A model generated the notes under the pieces. That model made no database searches. It saw only the letters and a program-made list of their open reading frames with translations, and was not told the origin of the DNA. From assembly GCA_950097015.1 (NCBI GenBank), contig CATNEN010000038.1, forward strand, positions 7,936,001 to 8,000,000: 64,000 nt of DNA, written 5' to 3'. This document shows positions 36,816-49,460 of this stretch, one piece after another. Positions within the stretch are counted from its first letter, which is position 1. Each line of letters opens with the position of its first letter. A program made the translations under genes and the position numbers. The stretch comes from Macrostomum hystrix. Its lineage: Eukaryota > Animalia > Platyhelminthes.

Positions 36816-39800
36816 TCAGGACCAGTCTTCGTCAGTTAGCCAGTCCAACTCGACAATGTCCTGGCACAGACAGGGTGCGTCGTCTCTATACTGCAGCTCC
36901 GTGGAGGGATCACCGCCTGGCATTGACGGGTTTTATTTTTGACTGATTTATTTATTTAATTTCAGATGAAACCAACCGGACAAATTGGTTTCCTATTATG
37001 TTATATTTTAAGTTAACTTAAAAGTGTTCAAGTAAATTAATTTTTAAGAAAAAGGAACAGGTTAACAGGCCGTATAGGTGAGTAGATAACAAGTAATATA
37101 CCATTAAGTATATTAACAACTAGAAAAATTGCCGGTAAACTGACTGAGAGGTGGGTAAAGTTATAAAGGTAGATAGATTAATAGATAGGTAGGTAGATAG
37201 GTGGACTGCCGCGGTCAAGAGGATAGACTGAAAGGTAAGTATATTGATGGGTAGATAGATTGACAGGTAGATAGTTCGCATTTCGCATAGATTCTAGATT
37301 CACAAGGGTAAATTGCGCTAAACAACGCTCTCACCATCAGAGTAGAATGGCACAGCACTGGTCTTGCTGCTTGCATTCGCGGCATCGCCATCATCAGTCT
37401 CGCCGTACCTGACCAGCAGCTGTGCGAGGGTGACGGCCTCGCAGCCAAACTCCGCGAGGCGCAGCCGCAGCGGCTGTTCGGCACTGACTTCTTCATCGCC
37501 ATCCGGCAGCAGCAGAAGAAATTCGCGATGCCGACTCCGCAGGCGGGTCTGCAGCTCGGCGAGGCCCTCGGTGCAACCGGCTAGCCCGGCGCCGCCTCCG
37601 CCACCTTCGCCAGGTGGGAGCAAGTCGACAGCCCACCGGCTGGCCTCGAGCATGCCTAGGCAGGCGCAGAGTCGCTCGCGCTCACCCGCTGTGGCCGCAG
37701 ATGTCGCGGCGGTTGGCACAGCAGTGGTCGCTGAAACGGCCGAGCTTAATCGTTGTAGGTCACGAGTTCGAATCCCGATCGGCCATCGACTATCGCGCCG
37801 GCCAGCAGCGGTCAGTAGGCGGGCCAGGATATCTGGTCGGAAGCGCAGAGGGTCGCCCAGCAGCAGGCAGGGGCCGCCACTGGCTGGGAAAACTGGCTCC
37901 AGCGCAGATGCTGGGCAGTCTGGAAAGCAAAGTGAGCTGGGATTTGTTAGCGGATTGCGAAGGTCAACCTCTAATGACCAAGCAGCTGATAGAAAACTCA
38001 CTAGTCGAGGCTCCAGTAGCCGCTTTTGCCGCGGTAGCAGCGTCATCGAAGCTCAGGAAGCGAACATCCCGACGGCGTCGCAGTTCCAATAGCCCGGGAA
38101 GCTGCCAGGGCAAGCTGTCGAGATTGGAGCGATGTGCGTACACCACCAGCTGCTGCTGGCTAGCTCTACGCTGGTGGCTTCGCAGCAGCAGACTGGCGTG
38201 CAGAGGGTCGCACTGTCTATGGCCCAGACTGGCTAATTGCTGGGCGAGTTCGGCGCACTCGGGATTGTCTGACGTACCGACAACGTGAAAGAAGGGTGGC
38301 GGCGGCGGTGGCGCAGGCTGAACAGGCGCTGGAGGCTACGGGATTTGAATAGCAATGACCAGTTTACGGCTGGTGAATTGTTAGATTATTTAAGACAGCT
38401 TTCAGCTGAACCATGATAATAATCCCTTACCAATCTACTTTGGTATGCAAGAGGTGGCGCTGCATCCTTAGCAACAGTTTCAAAGGTGGCGAGATTCTGA
38501 AGCTGCTGCTGCTGTTGCTGCTTAGCAACCAGTGCGGCCAGCAGTCTGGCCTGCAGCCGAGGCGGCAGCTGCTGAGGAACTGCCGCTGGAGGCGCTTCGT
38601 CATCTTGGAAAGCGTCAGCGATGCCCACCTTGTAGCTGCGAATCATTATGTTCTGGCGTTGGCGATATGCTAGCAGGTTGGCGGCTGAGGGAGCGGCGTC
38701 TGGGGCGGCGACAGTCGTCCGATGACCATCAACAGCGGCTGGAAGTACCCGTGTCAGCGGCGGCTGTTCCGTTGGCAACCGCGACGGCAACTGCTGCGAA
38801 TTTTGACGATGGAGAAGCTGGGAATGTCGATGAAAATCGCCTGTTTGGCAACGGTGGTCAGGTCAGACGCCGTTCGCCAGCGTAAATAATGTAAGAAGAT
38901 AAATATTTCGATACATATCGGGAGTTACCAGCGAGACCCTTGTTAGACGCACGTAGTACAGGTTATACCACGTTCGTCACTACAGATAGGCAGATTCTAT
39001 GACCAGATTTGAATGGATTTCGATACTGTGAAAAACGGATTATTACCTGCAGGCCGCCCTGGAACGTCGCCAGCGGCTGTCGTCAGTTGGACAATGTCCC
39101 CGGGCCAAACTAAAGGCGGCGGAGCGAGCGGGCGGCTGTCCAAGCGATTGCGACGACCTTGCCGGCTGATGGACAGCTCGCAGGCGGTGACAGCGGCAGT
39201 CGACAGACCGGTCGGCAGGCAGCGACAAGCTAAGATTCTGCGCAACGGCGACGACTGCCGGCGAACAGGCGAATGCGAGCCCGCCGAAGAGAGAAATTTC
39301 TTTGTCATCGAGCGAAGTCGATGTCGCAAGCGCCGGGTGCGCCGATGTACAACTGCGGCGGTGTCGCTTGCATCTGAATCATCCACGCCAAGTTCGATGT
39401 CCAGCATTTCAACGTCGTCGACAACTTGAACATGGTTTAAATCAATACTACCGGCGACTTCCTCGGTGCTGGAAGGCGGCGACGATGGCGGTAAGGGACT
39501 GGCCGAGGCCAGGCAATCCGGGTAGAGAGCCGACAGGCCGTTGCTAAGGCCCGCGTCTGCGTGGTAACCGTCTAGGTAGCGCAGCAAAGCGAAACTGACA
39601 TTGTGTAGGCATCTGGACAGGTGCTTTGGGTCTGTGGCTTGAAGGGATGCGGGTATAATGCCAGTGATTTTCGGATAATAGCATTCTCCCAGCGAATAGA
39701 ATTAGGATCAGATTAGCCCCTGCTCACCTGCCAGGCGCCGTTCGGACCGCCCACGCGCCGCAAGCCACTCGTCCAGGGCGGCGCGGGCGATGCGCCCTAG

Positions 39801-42800
39801 ACGGCGCCTCAGACGCCGGGGCAGCGACTCCTCTAGAAGCGCGGCTTTGGCCCGCCAGGTAGAACGGCAAGAGGGAGCCACCGGCAGTCGGCGAAGACAC
39901 TGAAGCCGACCCCTGATGAGGCCTTGAATTTCGCAGGTTGAATGAGATTTTTATATACTTTCGGCAGATTCCAGTTAACACGATAAACATTGATAATTGC
40001 ACAACAGTATTCACACAGAACTCAGTGGCAGGTAACAGTTTAACAGCATTATAAAGTAATCTACTTAATAAGAATATTCTAGATTTATAAGCAGTACTTT
40101 ACGGATCAAAGATTGTAAAGACTTTGCTGGAAAGTGAAGCTTAACTGCTAGACAGAATAGTTAATTATTAATTATTAATGCAAATTAATAAATGCGGACA
40201 CTCGAACTTAAAAGAACTGGTAGAAATCTGGCGAAACTAGAATCTGACGATACTAATAATAATAATAATAATAGTTACACTCCACGCCGGCCACAGAAGT
40301 GGCCAAGAGGGGGGAGCGTCAAAACGCGCGTTTCAGTGCCAGGTCTCTGACGTGCTTCACGCCTGCCGCCTGGCTGGGTGCTCGGGCGTCTTCAAAAAGG
40401 CGGTCAATATAGCGGGCTGTTCGTCCCTGGCCGCGCCTGCGCGGTCCCTGCGAGGTCCACAGCAGGACATCCTGCATGGAACCCGCGTCACGGCAACTTC
40501 CAGTTTGGGCGAGCGACCCGGAGGTACGTGAGGCCCGCCGCACTGTCGAGCAGCTGCGGCGAGCCAGGCGACCGACATCCGATGCCGAGAAAGCCCTGGC
40601 AGACGCCTACGCAAGTCGACAGAAAGCCGCTGTTGACGACGCGATCCGGGCTGTCACCTCTGTCGGGCCTGAACGGCAGAACAGGGTCGTCTGGCCCGTT
40701 GTGAACGCCCTCACCGGTCGCAAAACGAAAGCGGCGCTCAACCTGGCTGGCGATACTGCCGAGGAGCGCAGAAACGAGCTGCGCACCTTCTTCGCCGCCA
40801 TTGTCAACGCGCCGCCGCCGACTCTGCCGAACGAGATGCCGCTGCCCCCCGAGGTGGCGCTACCGCGGCAGGAGGACTTCGACACCAGTCCAGTGACCAG
40901 CACCGACATCGTGGAATTCGCCCGCAGGGCACCGGGAGGCCGCGCCCCCGGTCCGGATGAGGTCCCCATAGAGGCACTGCGAGTCACAAGGGTTGCCACC
41001 GAGGTGGCCCGCGTGATGAACGGCGTCCTGGCGGGAGGCCCTGCGCCCCGCGAGTGGACCCAGGCCACCATCGTCGGCATCCCGAAGAAGCCGGGCACTA
41101 CAAAGAAGGAGGAGCATCGCGGGATCTCGCTCATGTCCTGTGCCGCGAAGCTGTTCAACCGGGTGCTGTTAGCACGGTTACAGCCTGTGCTGGACTCGTT
41201 TCTGCAGTACGAGCAGAATGGGTTCCGGCCCCGTCGCGGCACGGTGACTCAGATCCTGGCCCTCCGTCGCATCATCGAGGAGGCGCGCATCCACCAGTCA
41301 AGCCTTGTCGTGATCTTTGTTGACTTTCTCAAAGCTTTCGACTCGGTGGCCCGCGGCGCGCTGCCTCACGTGCTCCGTGCCTACAACATACCGCAGCAGC
41401 TGATCTCCGCCATCATGGCACTGTATCAGGACACCACCGCTGTGGTAGCGACGCCAGACGGACTCACGCCGTCGGACCTGTTCAGCACTACCTCCAGAGT
41501 GCTGCAGGGTGACACCCTGGCGCCTTTTCTTTTCGTGCTGGTGATGGACTGGGTGCTCAGGACCGGCCTGCCGACTGCAGAGGACGGTTTTCTGCTTCAA
41601 AGACGCACTAGTCGACGGCACCCGGAGAAGAAGTTGTCTGTCCTCGGCTACGCGGACGACCTTGCCCTGCTGTCTACGACGGCCGAAGGCGCCCAACGGC
41701 TGCTGGATGGCCTGACTGCGGCGGCGGCGAGGGTCGGCCTCGCTATCAACGCCATGAAGACCGAGGTGCTAACGGTGCCGCAAAACCTACCTGCCGAGAT
41801 TCGACTAAGAGACGGTGACGGCCCCGGGACCGTGCTCCCGAAGTGCCGTCAGTTCGTCTACCTCGGCGGACTGGTGCCTGACGTGGGCGACGACCTGGCG
41901 AGACGACGCGGCAAGGCCTGGGCCGCCTACCGTTCTGTGCGGGCGGTGCTACTCTCCGAGGCCCTGTCGAACGGCGCCAGGTCCCAGCTGTTCCAGGCGG
42001 TTGTCGAGACCGCCCTCTTGTACAATGCTGAGACCTGGACGATGACCGGGGCGCTCGAGGCGCAGCTCGACGCGGCGCATGCGGCCCTAGTTCGCGCCGC
42101 TTTCGGCGCCCGCCGCGGCCCTGGCAGCGAGACAACCGAGTCCCTGTACCAGCGTGCGCGCCTAACGCGGCCTTCTGTCCTGCTGAGTCAGCGGCGACTG
42201 CGGCTGGCCGGGCATGTCATCCGCGCCGAAGCCTACTGCCCAGAGCCGCTGACGATACTTAATCGGACAAGAGCGGAGTTCAGGGAATCTTGATTAAAGA
42301 GGCACTGGAATCTGACGGCAGAATCTGCTGAAACATAAATCTAAAAAACCTGAATCTGACGAAACTGGAATCTGATGAAACAGGAATCTGGCAAAGCTGG
42401 AATCTGACGAAAGTGGTATCTGGCAAAACTGGAATCTGACAAAACTGGAATCTGATGAAACTGGAATCTGGCAAAACTGGAATCTGACGAAAGTGGTATC
42501 TGGCAAAACTGGAATCTGACGAAAGTGGTATCTGGCAAAACTGGAATCTGACGAAAGTGGTATCTGGCAAAACTGGAATCTGACGAAAGTGGTATCTGGC
42601 AAAACTGGAATCTGACGAAAGTGGTATCTGGCAAAACTGGAATCTGACGAAAGTGGTATCTGTCAAAATTGGAATCTGACGAAAGTGGTATCTGGCAAAA
42701 CTGGAATCTGACGAAAGTGGTATCTGATGAAACTGGAATCTGTCACAACTGGAATCTGACGAAAGTGGTATCTGGCAAAACTGGAATCTGACGAAAGTGG

Positions 42801-45224
42801 TATCTGGCAAAACTGGAATCTGACGAAAGTGGTATCTGGCAAAACTGGAATCTGACGAAAGTGGTATCTGTCAAAATTGGAATCTGACGAAAGTGGTATC
42901 TGGCAAAACTGGAATCTGACGAAAGTGGTATCTGATGAAACTGGAATCTGTCAAAACTGGAATCTGACGAAAGTGGTATCTGGCAAAACTGGAGTCTGAC
43001 AAAAGTGGAATCTGAAGATACTACGAGCGTAGATTCTGATAAATAAGAATATGAGAAAGTTTGAATGTGACGATACTGTATTCTGACCAATCTAGATAAA
43101 AGAGCAAAGTGTAATCTCAAGAAAGCATAATATGACTACTTGGAGTGGATTTCAGACTGTGCAATTGAGTTAAACAGTGAAATAATCAGACATATTTAAA
43201 GCTAGGAAAGTACAGGTGGAAGCATCTAATCATGTTATAATAACTGCAAATCATGAGGTCTAACCGTGACGGCCGCTATTCACAGAAGTATGCAGGCTAT
43301 CGAGTAAGATAGTCGCCAAGCTCTGCTTCATGTCAGCCATCTCTAGGCTCGCCTGCTGACAGGTGCCCAGCCCGCCGACAGTCGAGCGTTGGTGTCGGGC
43401 GAGACTCTGGCCTAGACGGCGCACACGCTTTAACAATTTGGGCGACTGACAAGCAGACAGGAGGCTGTCTGTGGAATTGTCGAGCATTTGCGGTATAGAT
43501 CAGCATAAGTAGTATCTGACTAGTAGTATCAGATAGTATTTAAAATCATTTTATACAGCACTTTTAGAATTTATACAGGTAGACTTATTCAACTTATACA
43601 ACTTATAAAACTACGAGTACTTTACAGCTTTTACAGAATTTCACACAATCGACGTATTTGACAAGATCTAAATTTTTACTGCGATTACAGACTTTTACAG
43701 CATTTATGGTTCTATTCGGCTTCTACGTTTTTTTCAGATAATTCAATGCTGCATGTACTGCATTTCGAGTAATTTAACGCGCTAAAGGTATGTTACAGGA
43801 TTCAAATTTTTAAAGCGTAGCAATTTCAGATTCTTTCTTCACATTCTTTATGTTCTATTACTTTATTTCGCAGCATTTCAATTATCGCATAAGATTTGTT
43901 AGATCTAATACTATGTGGCCCTTTCACGCAACAGACTGACTAATAATCTAACGCAAAGAGAATGAAGAAAATTATTTCAAGATCTCACCAATAGACACTG
44001 AGCAGTCTGAGCTCTCATCTTCTGAATTGCAGCTTCGCTGGGGCTCGCAGCAATCGGCTAAGCGGCTGTCAACGAATGCTTTCAGTTCGCCGACAGCATC
44101 GAACCGAGTTGCTTCTGGCAAGGCGAGTGGATTCTTACCTTATCTCTCTAATTAGTTCTCATCTCTCACCGCCTACTGTCTTACCCTCTTATTCCAGTTT
44201 TGCTTTATACAATTCTGTCCTGTCCTGTCTAATCCAATCTCACCATGTTTTGCCTCATCTAATCTCACCCCATTCTGTCTTATCTAATCTCACCCCGTTC
44301 TGTCTCATCTAATCTCACCCCGTTCTGTCTCATATAATCTCACCCCGTTCTGTCTCATCTAATCTCACCCCGTTCTGTCTCATCTAATCTCACCCCGTTC
44401 TGTCTCATCTAATCTCACCCCGTTCTGTCTCATCTAATCTCACCCCGTTCTGTCTCATCTAATCTCACCCCGTTCTGTCTCATCTAATCTCACCCCGTTC
44501 TGTCTCATCTAATCTCACCCCGTTCTGTCTTATCTAATCTCACCCCGTTCTGTCTTATCTAATCTCACGCCGTTCTGTCTCATCTAATCTCACGCCGTTC
44601 TGTCTCATCTAATCTCACCCCCTTCTGTCTTATCTAATCTCACCCCGTTCTGTCTCATCTAATCTCACGCCGTTCTGTCTCATCTAATCTCACCCCGTTC
44701 TGTCTCATCTAATCTCACGCCGTTCTGTCTCATCTAATCTCACCCCGTTCTGTCTCATCCCATCTCAACCCAAGCCGATAACTATTCTACATGCCAGAGT
44801 CATAATAATTATCGGATGTCTCACCGACACCATTGGGTCTGCAGCTGCTAGTTTCGATTTGAGGCGGCAGACAACCGGACAGAGCTATCTGAGTCTCCGA
44901 CAGCAACCGGTCGGCCAGGTCATCCAGCGACCAGTCCGACTGCTGCTGCTGCTGCTGTGCTGCCTGGCAAACTCTGCTCAGCTCCTGTGACAGGCTCTCC
45001 CTGTGCAGCCTAGCCAGCTGGTCCACAGAGTCCGCAATGGCAGGCTGGTCCATTAGATGGTGAAGACGGCCTCGCTTCCGCACCGAAGGAGGCTGTGAAG
45101 GCGGAGGCGCATCGGCGGCATTGGAATTATCGTTGGCCACAAGCCGCTGAAGGCTGCTGGCAACTTGGGCGACAGCGGCTGCCGAGGCGGCATCGACAGT
45201 CGGCATGTCGGAGTTCGCTGACAT
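36816..45224 (-). CDS. TASOR: TASOR/FAM208-like protein, at least 979 aa; exons 45224-44825, 44114-43989, 43468-43265, 39922-39728, 39631-39047, 38840-38431, 38335-38002, 37919-37335, 36916-36816
   Basis: Nine exons chain in frame (2940 nt; one weaker AAG acceptor at 39925-39923). The C-terminal FFHVV...CAELAQQLASLGHRQCDP...LVVYAH...QLPGLLELRR..VRF...FPASGG...RWPIGIR...VDLLP...LAELQ...REFLLL...GCEAVT is collinear with the vertebrate TASOR DomII+PIN region as recalled from memory. The 5' end is uncertain. Confidence 0.7.
40255..42251 (-). mobile_element. RTE-like non-LTR retrotransposon, 5'-truncated with 5' inversion (RT segment reads on +, 40476-42251; 3' end and tail on -, 40475-40255)
   Basis: RT motifs GPD.VP, RGISL, QNGFR, VDF.KAFDSV, LQGDTLAPFLF, GYADD, RRLRLAGH; (TTA)n tail; TSD CTGACGATACT at 40244-40254 and 42249-42259. 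Confidence 0.93.
42300..43015. repeat. 16/32-bp array CTGGAATCTGACGAAAGTGGTATCTGGCAAAA
   Basis: Tandem periodicity. Degenerate units also lie at 40217-40254 on the other side of the LINE. Confidence 0.95.
44255..44770. repeat. 29-bp array TCATCTAATCTCACCCCGTTCTGTC
   Basis: Tandem periodicity in a TASOR-like intron; unit length approximate. Confidence 0.93.
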
Positions 45225-47670
45225 AAACGCTGCCAGCTTCAGTCAGACAGAGGACCAAAGCATTGAGGGCTGAAGTTGAATTATGCCTAATAGACAGCTT
45301 GCCAAAGCTGGATTGCGAATACACCTGTGACTTGGCAAACTATAGTCTAGGAAGCAGTCACCTAGTGTAACACATTTAGTAATTAGTAACAAGTGATTTT
45401 CAAGGGGCTAAAAATCCATAAATTTAAAATTGACTTATTTGTTAAGTACTTTAGCTGTTTTAATAGAGGTATTGTTGAAACTCTTAGGATTTCAGTTTAC
45501 AAAATTTGTGCTTTGATAACATGTGGTAACTACATATTAGTGATGATTATTCACTAAGTGAAGTGATTATTCTGGGTGAATAGGCCTAGAATGATTTACC
45601 TATTGTGGTGATGGGGTCTTTTTTAATGAACATTTCAGAATGCATGGGACCTAATAACATTTTTATTATGCAGTACTAATTGCATACCAGAAAAAAATGA
45701 CAAAATGCTATAGAAATAATTTTATTTGCTGGTATACAAAACATTAAACATGTCACTATTAGCAACTATAAATATAAATATAATTTATTATTCAAAAATA
45801 GTGCCACTGATTTTACTCTAAAATATAAGCTACTGAACCAAGTTATTATAACCCCAAAAATATGTAAGATTGTTGTACAATATTACATGATTATTTTCTT
45901 TAAGCAATTAACCAATAGCCATACCCTATATTTGAGAATAGAGATAGAACAAACATTAGGCATATAGAAAATTTTCTATTTTGATGTGGCAATTAGTATG
46001 GTTAAAGGATCTAAAAATGAAAAACCATTGCACAGATTTCTTACATCAATATTAACAAAGAGGTACACTGTTAAAAATGGAGATAAAAAATGGATTGTGA
46101 TGCTAAGGCTTTGCATTATAAACATAAGGCTATTTTATAAGCTGCAGTAATACAGCTCTTTTCATCAACACTTTCTTGGCACATGAATAGATTGGCATGG
46201 TGAATGTGCTATTTAAAATTAAGCAATCAGAAAAGATAGTTAACATTTCAAAGGCAATTTGTCAATATAAAATGTTTTTTTTGCTGTAGCAATCCTATGT
46301 TTGTGATAGCAATGTGCCAATTGTGCCTTGAACTTCTGAGGAAAGAATACAGTATGTGGTAAAATTATGTCCGAACCAAGCACAGTACTAAACTAGGCTA
46401 TGTTCTACTTGACTGTAATCAAACTTTCATTGGTCCCTTGTGAAATGTACACTCAGTGGTGAGCCTTTTTGCAGGAGGTATAAGTCCCAAACATTACCAA
46501 AACAAAAAGGAATTAAGAGTTTCCACTGCATGTAGTCTAAAATGTATTTAAAAGGTCAGTGAAATCTTTAGTCCATCTAATGTGCAATTGTCACCACCAC
46601 CCACAGATCTCCTTAAAACAGACCTGCAGCCTCGAAATCTTGAAGTATGAATTAGTATGTAATTTGCATTCAAGATGTATTAACTTGTTAAACTTGAGTT
46701 ATCTTTCTGTCATTTATTTTTTTCTCAATTGACTTTACACATAGTTTAGACATAGATAGATGTAGTCTTTACACATAGTTTTACACAATGCTTATTAGAA
46801 CAGTTTTGTGTGATTTGTGCTGACTTCATCCACATGGATCTATGCCAATAATACCCACATTATCTATATGACACCTTGCTGGCATAGGCCACTACTTGTT
46901 TATAAAAGCTGTGCACATACTCTGGAAGGTGGCCTATAAACAGAACTAGTTTGGTGTACAATTGGGTCTTCAATGGCTATTGGCATACACTTGGCATCAT
47001 ACATACAAGTAGGCCCAAATCAAGTTGGTGTACAAACCAGTTTCAACCTGGCTTATATAGAGGTATAGTAGCTATATCCACACAAGCACCAAGTCACAAG
47101 CTCCATAGTCTGGATCCATAGTAATAGAGTGCCACACTGGACATTCCAGCATGCATTAACTTTGGGCTGGATTGCATGGCCTGCATCAGTGTATATTTCA
47201 AGGGGCTGACATGCACTTTTTCATAAGTGCTGTTCTTGAGATCAAATGTGCTGCTTTTTGCAAGTGAACTTACTAAAAATGAATAGTTCTTGCTTTTAAA
47301 TTAAATTCACAGCATTTTAGGATTGTGATAATTGAGTAAAACACAATTAAGTATTCTTTTTGAATCATTCGTTTAACAGTTTTTGTAAAAGTTTCATTTC
47401 AAATCAATGCTCAACTTGGAATTTTGGGCATTATTTTCCAATCGTTTGTTAAACAGTTTTTCTGAGAATTTTCATTTCAAATTGATGCAATGACTTGGAA
47501 TTTCAATTTTTTAAGGTTGCTTTTTGAACTTAACGAACTGGGAGTGTCTATGGCCAAAAGGGATGAGCTAGTTAGTGGGAGGGGAAGTATTAGCACTTCT
47601 TCTGTGTCCTGCTAACACACTACTAATTTTCTACCATTAACTAACACACACACTTAAGTCAATTAGCACC

Positions 47671-48500
47671 ATGCCAGGAGGCTGCCTGGCAGCACCATCA
47701 TTTATTGTAGATCCAAACTCCCTGTGCAACACCAATGAGCTGACTGGGAGGAATATGCCAATGGCAGAGTTGGCTGTGCTAACACAGGATACCCAACAAT
47801 CTATCGAATGGCTGGCAACCTACTGACTCCTGAAGAACCAGTGCAGCTGTGTATGTGGGGCTGGTGATACACCCGTGTCTACAACACATGGTACATGGTG
47901 ACCATGTTGCCTGGGCCTGCACTGCATGCCATAGCCAGTTGTCCAAGCACAAGGATTCATTCTTTGAAGCATCAAAACTGTCCCTGCAGCAGATTGTGCA
48001 TCTTGTGCATTGGTGGGCACTGAAAGTGAAACAGTCCGAGTGCTACATGCAGACAGGTGTCAGACAGAAGACTATGGTGGACTGACAGACCTTCATCCAC
48101 AATGTATATGCCCAGGTGCGTGAGGACCATCCAGTCCAGCTTGGTGGCCCTAGTGTTGATATTGGGGTAGACAAGTCCTATTTTATGCAACTGTAAGTTT
48201 CGTAAGGGTGCCTTCTGACCTGGTCAGTAGGTGCTGGGCATGATGGATCGTGGTTCAACAAAGTGCATGATGGTGGTTGTACCCAGCCACATGGCCGCCA
48301 CCATGCTGTCTATCATCGCGCATTATGTCCAACCAAGGTCACGAATCATAACAGATGATTGGCAGGCCTATAACACACTGCAAAACTACATGGCAGTAGT
48401 CAACTATTGCCTACATTTTGTGGATCTGAATGCACTACACATTCACACAAACCTCATTGAGGGAACCTAGGCTCACGCAAAAGCCAAATTTTACAACATG
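47671..48500 (+). mobile_element. Merlin/IS1595(ISXO2)-like transposase pseudogene
   Basis: IEWL...LLKN..C.CG zinc finger, SFFE.SKLSL, QLGGP...IGVDKS, Q*VLGMMDR, IITDDWQAY, VNY..HFVD, HTNLIEGT*. Several stops and frameshifts. Confidence 0.85.
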
Positions 48501-48504
48501 TGAA

Positions 48505-48990
48505 GAAAAAGAGTTTGAATCATGGCTAAACCAGAGTTTGAATCATGGCTAAACCAGAGTTTGAATCATGGCTAAACCAGAGTTTGAATCATGGCTAACC
48601 CAGCGTTTGAATCATGGCTAAACCAGAGTTTGAATCATGGCTAAACCAGCGTTTGAATCATTGCTAAACCAGCGTTTGAATCATGGCTAAACCAGCATTT
48701 GAATTATGGCTAAACCAGAGTCTGAATCATGGCTAAACCAGAGTTTGAACCATGGCTAAACCAGAGTTTGAATCATGGCTAAACCAGAGTTTGAACCATG
48801 GCAAAACCAGCATTTGAATCATGGCTAAACCAGAGTTTGAACCATGGCAAAACCAGCATTTGAATCATGGCTAAACCAGAGTTTGAATCATGGCTAAACC
48901 AGCATTTGAATTATGGCTAAACCAGAGTCTGAATCATGGCTAAACCAGAGTTTGAATCATGGCTAAACCAGCATTTGAATCATGGCAAAA
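48505..48990. repeat. 23-bp array GAGTTTGAATCATGGCTAAACCA
   Basis: About 21 copies directly after the transposase relic. Confidence 0.95.
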
Positions 48991-49144
48991 TTTTTCTTTT
49001 GTCATTGAATTGATATCTCAATCAACATTTTGAGTTTGCTATCTCATAATGTCATAATGATATATATTTGTATGATAAATATTTTGCCTAATATTCATTT
49101 AATTGTTGTTTTTCTCAATTTTCTACAAAAGAAGCTAATATAAA

Positions 49145-49460
49145 AATTCAACTGGGCAACATTGTCAACTGGGCATCATCATCAATGGGGAGTCATCATC
49201 AACTGGGGGATCATTGTCAACTGGGGTATCATTGTCAACTGGGGGATCATTGTCAACTGGGGGAAAATCGTCAACTGGGGGATCATTGTCAACTGGGGTA
49301 TGATTGTCAACTTGGGGATCATTGTCAACTGGGGTATCATTGTCAACTGGGGGACCATTGTCAACTGGGGTATCATTGTCAACTGGGGGACCATTGTCAA
49401 CTGGGTGATCATTGTCAACTGGGGGATCATTGTCAACTGGGGGATCATTGTCAACTGGGT
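49145..49460. repeat. 18-bp array TTGTCAACTGGGGGATCA
   Basis: About 17 copies; possibly subterminal repeats of the Merlin-like element. Confidence 0.93.

Noticed and set aside
37364-38288. Long + strand ORFs opposite the TASOR-like exons (also those opposite OLA1, ARP2 and the ADAM)
   Set aside because: Antisense shadows of GC-rich coding exons.
40476-42293. 605 aa RT ORF as an intact or domesticated gene
   Set aside because: Its start and stop come from the inversion junction and flanking DNA, and the endonuclease domain is missing.
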